Source of the DNA: an uncultured Candidatus Babeliaceae bacterium
GTDB lineage: Bacteria; Babelota; Babeliae; Babelales; Babelaceae
NCBI GenBank assembly: GCA_963704655.1
Contig: OY969927.1
Location: forward strand, 1,024,001-1,088,000
Length of the DNA stretch: 64,000 bases
Reading direction: 5' to 3'
Below, piece after piece: positions 57,384-64,000 of the stretch (its first letter is position 1; every line of letters starts with the position of its first letter). A program made the position numbers and the translations under genes. The notes under the pieces were generated by a model that saw only the letters and a program-made list of their open reading frames with translations, made no database searches and had not been told where the DNA came from.

Positions 57384-59240
57384 ATGAAAAAATTGGTAAC
57401 TGTTCTTGTTGGGGTTATTTTGCTAGGTGAACTTGCTGGTCAGCAGCAGCCGCCTAAAGGATTTAATAATAAATCTATAGATGCATGGCATGAAAAAGTA
57501 AAAGAAGCATCATACGCCCCAATTGTTTCATATGAAGTTTTTGAAGGCAAGCTCGAAGAATATTTAGGGCGCCAAAGAGATTTTTTGGCCGGTTCTTCAT
57601 GGTTAGGTGAAAAAATAGATATCGAAAATGGTGATTTAAGTAATGACTCAAGGGACGAACTTGAGCAGCCTTTTGCACTTAAGGTTGCAATAAAATCTGG
57701 CGGAAGTGGTTATTTCTGGGGCGATATCCATGGTGATGTTAAAGCTCTAGTTGCTAGTTTTAAAAAGCTTAAAGATAAAGGAGTTATTAATGATGCTTTT
57801 GAAATTATACAACCTGATACCTATTTTTTCTTTTTGGGCGATATGGTTGATCGAGGAATGTATCAAATTGATGCGCTCTGGCTTATTATTAATTTTGCAT
57901 TTAAAAATTTAGGAAAAGTATTTTTAATCCGTGGAAATCATGAAGATCTTCGTTTAAGCAATGACTACGGATTCAATGATCAATTAAAGGAATTATATCG
58001 AAAAGCATATGGACCAAGAAAGTTTTCTGAAAAAACCGCTATTTATAGTCTTATTGGTCTTTTTTATAATCTTATGCCCGATGTTGCTTTTGTCGGGTGT
58101 AATAATAATTATTTACAATGTTGTCATGGGGGAATAGAGATACGCTACAATCCTAAAGAGCTTTTAGGGCAACCAGGCGCATTACGCTATCAATTAATAG
58201 AAAGAACAGAAGAAAATAACTCTCTTTTAAATACTATTGTGCGAGATATTAGTGTTGTTAATAGGCTTTCTATTGATAGTTCAGGATATGGCTTTTTGAT
58301 GAAAAATTTTATTAAGCCACGGGATCCATTTTTAAAATATGATTTTGGGTTTTTGTGGGGAGACTTTAACCCTGATCCCCAAGAGAATTATAAAACTTTT
58401 TATAATAAAAATAGAGGTCTCTTTGCAGGGAAAAATTTTACACAAGATGTTTTAAAATATTATAGCTCAGATATTGTTCGTGTCCGTGCTATTATGCGTG
58501 CTCACCAGCACAATGAAACACTTCCAGGTATTTTAAATGGTGAAAATAGTGGCGTTTATCCTATATGGCAAAATTCTGTTATTACCAATTTATCTACAAG
58601 CATTTTTAATGGCGTTATCGCCTTTAATCAAATAACGTTTGATGATAACTATGATAATTGGCGACTAACAAACTATTCAGGCAAGGGCAATGTGATAGAT
58701 GCAGAAAAAACGAATCTTTTAAAAGATTGGAAAAATAATTATGAGCCTTCTGTAAAAGAAAAGCCCATTGAAAGTGCGATATCAACTATGACGATTTCAC
58801 AAGAAAATGAAAAGATTCTTGCAAGGGTTGATAATGAAATTGAAAGAGAATATCCAAATTATAAACTTATAGAAAAAATGCTTAAAAGTGTAACGGCAGA
58901 TCCTCAAGATAAGCCCAGTGAGGGGCATTATGTACGGGCACAAAAGTTATTAAAAATATTTTATCGCCTTATATATGCGATAGCGCTCTTTGAGGCAGAT
59001 GACTATGCAACGGCAAAAAAAAGCCTTTCGCAATCGCTTGAATGGGACATTTTTAAATTTAAAGCATGTGAATATTATACTAAAGCGATTATTGCCGCCA
59101 AGATGAAAGATGAATATGATGTTGCTATGGCCGGCCTTATGGAAATACTGTCTGACAAATCGATCTCATTGCAAGATCAGCTAATAGCAGTTGGTTTAGT
59201 TCAGCAACTTGGACGCTTAAAGACATCTAAGGAGAAATAG
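57384..59240 (+). CDS. Secreted PPP-family Ser/Thr phosphatase, paralog 3, with helical C-terminal extension
   Basis: Signal peptide; GDIHG, GDMVDRG, RGNHE, CCHGG, LWGD, RAHQH; TPR-like helical tail. Confidence 0.88.
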   Translation: MKKLVTVLVGVILLGELAGQQQPPKGFNNKSIDAWHEKVKEASYAPIVSYEVFEGKLEEYLGRQRDFLAGSSWLGEKIDIENGDLSNDSRDELEQPFALKVAIKSGGSGYFWGDIHGDVKALVASFKKLKDKGVINDAFEIIQPDTYFFFLGDMVDRGMYQIDALWLIINFAFKNLGKVFLIRGNHEDLRLSNDYGFNDQLKELYRKAYGPRKFSEKTAIYSLIGLFYNLMPDVAFVGCNNNYLQCCHGGIEIRYNPKELLGQPGALRYQLIERTEENNSLLNTIVRDISVVNRLSIDSSGYGFLMKNFIKPRDPFLKYDFGFLWGDFNPDPQENYKTFYNKNRGLFAGKNFTQDVLKYYSSDIVRVRAIMRAHQHNETLPGILNGENSGVYPIWQNSVITNLSTSIFNGVIAFNQITFDDNYDNWRLTNYSGKGNVIDAEKTNLLKDWKNNYEPSVKEKPIESAISTMTISQENEKILARVDNEIEREYPNYKLIEKMLKSVTADPQDKPSEGHYVRAQKLLKIFYRLIYAIALFEADDYATAKKSLSQSLEWDIFKFKACEYYTKAIIAAKMKDEYDVAMAGLMEILSDKSISLQDQLIAVGLVQQLGRLKTSKEK

Positions 59241-59241
59241 A

Positions 59242-59769
59242 ATGAAAAAACTTTTATTAATAGGGATTTTAACTATGACAGCGCTTGGTGCAAAAAACAG
59301 TTCTTTTACTTTAAGCTCACCAGATTTTGGTAGTGACGAAACAATGCCAAAAAATTTAACTGGTGAAGGCACTAATAAGCCGCCGCGTTTAAGTTGGTCC
59401 GGTGCACCGGCTGACACTGTGGCTTTTGTGTTAATTTGTGACGATCCTGATGCGCTTGGCGAGCAGCCATTTGTGCATTGGGTGGTGTATAATATTCCTT
59501 CAAAAGCAACAAACTTAGATTTTCTTGGACAACGTGAAGATAAAAATGCCAATGGAACTATACAAGGAAGCAATGATTTCCCAAGGCTTGGCTACGATGG
59601 TCCCATGCCGCCTAAGGGTCACGGTATACATCATTATCATTTTAAGCTTTATGCTCTTGATACAATATTGTCACTGCGTTCTGGCATGAGTAAGAGCGAT
59701 GTTGTAAGTGCTATGCAAGGGCATATTCTTGCGCAGACTGAGCTTATTGGTGTTTATGAAAGAAAGTAG
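59242..59769 (+). CDS. YbhB/YbcL (PEBP/RKIP-like) protein
   Basis: PRLSW, DDPDA...HWVVYNIP, GYDGPMPP.GHG.HHY.F.LYALD. Confidence 0.93.
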   Translation: MKKLLLIGILTMTALGAKNSSFTLSSPDFGSDETMPKNLTGEGTNKPPRLSWSGAPADTVAFVLICDDPDALGEQPFVHWVVYNIPSKATNLDFLGQREDKNANGTIQGSNDFPRLGYDGPMPPKGHGIHHYHFKLYALDTILSLRSGMSKSDVVSAMQGHILAQTELIGVYERK

Positions 59770-59783
59770 CTTGTAGTAATAAT

Positions 59784-60701
59784 TTAAAAGTTATAAATAA
59801 GACGAGCAATAGCGCTAATGCCTTGAGTTCTGTTTTTTGCGGCCATTTCAAAATAAAGATAGGCAAAGCAGTATAACTTTTCTTTACGTTCGTAAACGGC
59901 GCCCGGGCCAATGGCAACAATATGTTCTTTTCTGCCAGGTGTTAAAACACCGGCAACTTTACTATCGGTTATTTGTTGCAAAAAATATCCTACCGCTCCT
60001 ACCCAAAAATGTGGAATAATTTCATACTCTAAATCGTAGTTCATAAAAATCGCTTGTCCTGGTTGTATTGTTGTATTTTTATTAATTGATGACCAGACGT
60101 ATTGCAAGCGCCATGATGCAGCACATTTTTTAGTGAAGTAAAAAGTACCCGCCCAATAAGGGTTTATAAAGAAAAGACCATTGCCTGGGTTAAAAATCGC
60201 ATAGGCTTTATTTTTTCCTGTGGGAAAACTGACATCGAGTTCTAAGCGCGTAACAAGAAGCCCCCGATTTTTATACATTAACGGCGGCCATTGTAAAAAT
60301 GTTCCTACCAATAAATCTCCAAAACCTTTACCACTATCAAGAAGATCTAATGTATTTTTTGAGATAACTGAAGAGAATACATAAGGAATCCCCACGCTTA
60401 AACCTGTTTGTGCGCCCAAAATTGGGCTACTCTCTGTTTGGTAGGTTATTGAAGTTACGGCATCCCACACGGTGGTTTTTGGTGAAGGAACGCAGTCTAT
60501 TGGTGCGCCTTGCGCGTTAAGGAATTTGTGTGCGCCGTAATATTGTTCTATTTGATAGATATACCAACCATATGTTGGACGCACTGGCCCGCCATCAAGC
60601 ATATTTGAAAAGCCTAGGTTAATAAAAGGCTGATCATATGCAATCAGCGGATGAGTTAATGCTGCTGAGTAGATAAAAATTAATTTACAATATTTTTGCA
60701 T
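59784..60701 (-). CDS. COG4313/SphA (Phenol_MetA_deg) outer-membrane channel, paralog A
   Basis: GFGD, FPTG...NPGNG, PGQ, GYFLQQIT, IGPG, NRTQG, terminal Phe. Confidence 0.75.
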   Translation of the reverse strand: MQKYCKLIFIYSAALTHPLIAYDQPFINLGFSNMLDGGPVRPTYGWYIYQIEQYYGAHKFLNAQGAPIDCVPSPKTTVWDAVTSITYQTESSPILGAQTGLSVGIPYVFSSVISKNTLDLLDSGKGFGDLLVGTFLQWPPLMYKNRGLLVTRLELDVSFPTGKNKAYAIFNPGNGLFFINPYWAGTFYFTKKCAASWRLQYVWSSINKNTTIQPGQAIFMNYDLEYEIIPHFWVGAVGYFLQQITDSKVAGVLTPGRKEHIVAIGPGAVYERKEKLYCFAYLYFEMAAKNRTQGISAIARLIYNF

Positions 60702-60827
60702 CACGGTCCTCATTAACGATTTTTTATCGCTATTATGTGCTTTAATGTAATACGTTGAGGTTATAATGGTCAATGCATTGCTGTCGATTTAGATTTTATG
60801 ATACTTTTTTGTATGAGGTGCAGTACT

Positions 60828-61694
60828 ATGAAGAAATTAATTTTTTTATTTTTTATCATTAATACTATGTATGGGACGATTATACGAAAAGAAACGGTCT
60901 ATGTACATGAAGGGAATCTGGCCCTGCGTCCATCACAGCAACCATCACCCCTTTTTAGTTTTGGGCAGTTTATTATTGAAAAAGGTATTATTCAAGGTTT
61001 TGTAAATCCACTTTTTATTACGGGTTCGCAAACATATTATTCGTCATTAATTCCTGCTTTTGTCTATGGAATTGAAGATTATATTGCATTATTAGCTGGT
61101 TTGCCCTTAATAACAAAAAGCAAGCAAGGCACAGCAAGTTCTTCAGGCATAGGCGATATATTTGCACAAACTGAAATTTTCTTTTTTAGGAAAGATTATG
61201 AAACATATATACGTAGAATGAGCCTTGTGTGCGGCTTAACATTACCTTCAGGATCATTTTCAAAAAACCCATCTCTTGGTATTGGTGCGCCCAGTGTATT
61301 TCTAGGCCTTACAGCATTCCAAAGAGGAACAAAATGGTATTTTTGGACGTCTGAAGGTTTTACGTATAATTTTCCTCATAATAGTACACATTTGGGAACA
61401 AATTTTGTTTATCAAGCTGGAATAGGTAGAAATGTAAGTTATAGAGCAGATGAAAGAATTATAACTTTTATGCTTGAGTTTTTGGGTTCTTATACTTCAG
61501 CTAAGACGCTGAATGGTATCAAGGATAAAGCATCAAGTAGCAACATTATTTCTATTTCGCCGGAAATCTGGATTTCAACATATCATGTAGTTTTTAAAGC
61601 CGGTGGAATAATTCCATTGTTACAACAAACAAAAGGTGGACCAAAAAAAAATAATTTCACATTCCTTGCAGTTATTGGTTATACATTTAACTAA
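60828..61694 (+). CDS. Outer-membrane beta-barrel channel-like protein
   Basis: Signal peptide, GIGDI...LTLPSG...LGIG pattern, C-terminal GYTF. Confidence 0.6.
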   Translation: MKKLIFLFFIINTMYGTIIRKETVYVHEGNLALRPSQQPSPLFSFGQFIIEKGIIQGFVNPLFITGSQTYYSSLIPAFVYGIEDYIALLAGLPLITKSKQGTASSSGIGDIFAQTEIFFFRKDYETYIRRMSLVCGLTLPSGSFSKNPSLGIGAPSVFLGLTAFQRGTKWYFWTSEGFTYNFPHNSTHLGTNFVYQAGIGRNVSYRADERIITFMLEFLGSYTSAKTLNGIKDKASSSNIISISPEIWISTYHVVFKAGGIIPLLQQTKGGPKKNNFTFLAVIGYTFN

Positions 61695-62602
61695 AAATGC
61701 ACTACCCAGCGTAGAAAAAAGTTTATGCCCTGGGATCGGTTTTTTACTTTCTGTTCAAAATAGATGTATGAAAAAAAATTAATATCATCGCCTAGAGTAT
61801 ATAATGCTCCTGGCCCGATAGAAAAGACCTGCTCGCGACTATTCGGCACCGTCATTCCATAGAGTTTATTGTTGGTAAATTGTCCTAAATAATACCCACA
61901 AACCGAGAGCCAGAAATTTTTTAAGCATTCATATTCCATACTGTAGTTTAGAAAAATTGCTTGCCCCGGTTGTACGCCCGTATATTTTTTCTGTGAGGAC
62001 CAAACATAGTTCAATGTCGTTGATAGCGCCCAGTGTGGAGTAATGTACAGCGTTGCGGCCCAGTTGGGGTTAATATAGTAACAGCCGTTTCCGGGGTTAA
62101 AGAAATAGCCCCTTTTAAATTTTCCTGCAGGGAATGATGCTGCAAGTTCAAGCTTATGAACAAATAGTGGATCTTCGCCTTTCATGATAGGGTCCCATTG
62201 TAAAAATAACCCGATATATGGGTCACTGAACCCATTACCACTATCAGAAAGCCCCAAAGAATTCTTTTCAATTTTTGAATAAAGCGCATAATAAATCTGA
62301 ATATCGATGCCTGCTTTTGCATTTAAAAAAGGTTTGCTTTCTGATTGGTATATAAATTCAGTAAGGCCAAAGATGGTATTTAAATTAGGGCCACGAACGC
62401 ATCCTAGAGGCTTGCCATTATAATCGAGAAAGTCGTGAGCGTGGTAATAATCAAAATATTGAAACCAGTACCAACCTGAAGTTGGGCGTATTGGCCCACC
62501 TTCAAGTATATTGGTAAATCCCAAGTTTAAAGTAACTGGCTGATCGTAACTTGCAAGCTGAGTTATAGAAAAAATTAAAATTACCGCCCAGATTTTTTTC
62601 AC
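61691..62602 (-). CDS. COG4313/SphA outer-membrane channel, paralog B
   Basis: YDQP..NLGF.N.L.GGP.RPT.GWY shared with 59784 gene; FPAG...NPGNG; terminal Phe. Confidence 0.75.
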   Translation of the reverse strand: MKKIWAVILIFSITQLASYDQPVTLNLGFTNILEGGPIRPTSGWYWFQYFDYYHAHDFLDYNGKPLGCVRGPNLNTIFGLTEFIYQSESKPFLNAKAGIDIQIYYALYSKIEKNSLGLSDSGNGFSDPYIGLFLQWDPIMKGEDPLFVHKLELAASFPAGKFKRGYFFNPGNGCYYINPNWAATLYITPHWALSTTLNYVWSSQKKYTGVQPGQAIFLNYSMEYECLKNFWLSVCGYYLGQFTNNKLYGMTVPNSREQVFSIGPGALYTLGDDINFFSYIYFEQKVKNRSQGINFFLRWVVHF

Positions 62603-62609
62603 GAAAATC

Positions 62610-64000
62610 CTATTCAGCTTTTACCGTAAATTTATTGTCTTTATAATCAACATGTACGGTTTTTGCCAAGCTATTTTTCAAGAGTTCTTGTGCTATAGGA
62701 GTTGCAATATAGTGCTGAATTGCGCGTTTAAGCGGTCGTGCACCAAACTCTGGTTCATAGCCTAATTGTGCAATCTCATTAATGGCAGCATCGGTAAATG
62801 CGCAGCTAATTTCACGTTCGGAGAGTCTTTTTTCAAGTTCTTTCAGTTGCAGCAGTGCTATTTTTTTAACATCTTCCTGTGAGAGTTTTTTGAAAAATAC
62901 TGTTGCATCGATGCGGTTTAAAAACTCAGGTCTAAATGTTGCATGCAATATCTTTTCAATTTCAGTTTTTACCGTATCAGTAACTGTTTGTGCCTGCAAA
63001 ATAATCGGCGAGCCGATATTGCTGGTCATAATGATAATGCAATTTTTGAATGATACCGTGCGTCCTTGGCTGTCGGTAAGTCTGCCTTCATCTAAAATTT
63101 GCAAGAAGATATTAAAGACATCCGGATGTGCTTTTTCAATTTCATCAAAAAGCAGCACGCTATACGGGTGCTTACGTACACTTTCTGTAAGTTGTCCGCC
63201 TTCTTCATAGCCGACATATCCTGGAGGTGCGCCAATAAGCCGTGCAACTGCATGTTTTTCCATATATTCAGACATATCAATGCGGATCATGCGTTTTGGG
63301 TCATCAAAAAGAAAATCTGCCAATGTGCGTGCAACTTCGGTTTTGCCAACACCGGTTGGCCCTAAAAATAGAAATGAACCGATCGGTTTATTCGGGTCGG
63401 TAAGTCCGGCGCGGTGCATCTGAATTGCGTGTGTTATTTCATCAATGGCTTCATCTTGGCCGATAACACGTTTTTTCAAGATATCTTCCATTGCAAGTAA
63501 GCGTTGTCCTTCACTTTGCTGCAATTTCGTGGTCGGTATACTCGTCCAGCGTGAAAGAACTTTTGCTATATCATGATTCATCAACTTCTTGTTTGATAAG
63601 TCCCGTAGAAAGAGTTTTAAATGCTTCTTGCTGCTGTTCTAAATCTTTTGCAAGTTTAGCAAGCGTTCCATATTTAATTTCAGATGCTTTTGCAAAATCG
63701 CCTTCGCGTTCAGCACGTTTATATTCAAACTCTGCACGTTCAATCGCTTCCTTGAGTTTATTGATCTTTTCAAGGGTGCTTTTTCTGCTTTCCACTGCTT
63801 TAAAAGCTGTGCGTGATTTTCTTTTATCTCAGCAAGCTCTTTTTCTAAATCTTTTAAGCGTGCTTTAGCTTGTTCATTTTTTTCTTTTGCTAAGCGCAAC
63901 TTTTTCAATCTCGAGTTGTCTGATTTTGCGTTCAAGTTTATCAAGATTTTCTGGCTGAGAATCGATCGACATTTTGACCATCGATGCTGCTTCATCAACT
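62610..64000 (-). CDS. clpB: ClpB chaperone, 3' part, interrupted by three 1-nt indels (partial at window end)
   Basis: VDEAAS..K...DSQPE, M-domain coiled coil, NBD2 [45 protein letters not shown]. Confidence 0.92.

Noticed and set aside
63570-63895. Programmed frameshifting or TGA recoding in clpB
   Set aside because: Three indels of mixed sign; reading through TGA would not restore ClpB sequence, and other genes here end normally at TGA.

Overview
AT-rich, gene-dense chromosomal segment of a diderm bacterium (Pal, secretins, MlaE/F). It carries many orphan proteins with signal peptides and several eukaryote-like domains; by inference it is an intracellular parasite of protists such as Ca. 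Dependentiae/Babelota (TM6). The window appears to span the replication origin: 8 perfect DnaA boxes plus an AT-rich unwinding element at ~19.9-20.2 kb, a visible GC-skew flip, and no dnaA nearby. Housekeeping genes: pal, rng/rne, gatB, aspS, nfo, infB, nusA, eno, secG, mlaEF and a frameshifted clpB. There is a type II secretion operon with two secretins and a set of candidate host-directed effectors: a USP deubiquitinase, a U-box/NleG-like protein, three secreted PPP phosphatases, a protein with a PP1-docking RVxF tail, WD40-like proteins and a clostripain. The main unannotated observations are a histidine-rich leader peptide in front of a sodium:solute symporter (probable His-sensing attenuator of an amino-acid importer), a duplicated phrB/tspO divergent promoter now in front of an MNT-HEPN pair and the deubiquitinase, and a candidate sRNA with an anti-SD loop. 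No rRNA, tRNA, CRISPR array or transposase was recognised. All calls come from reading motifs by eye; no searches were run.
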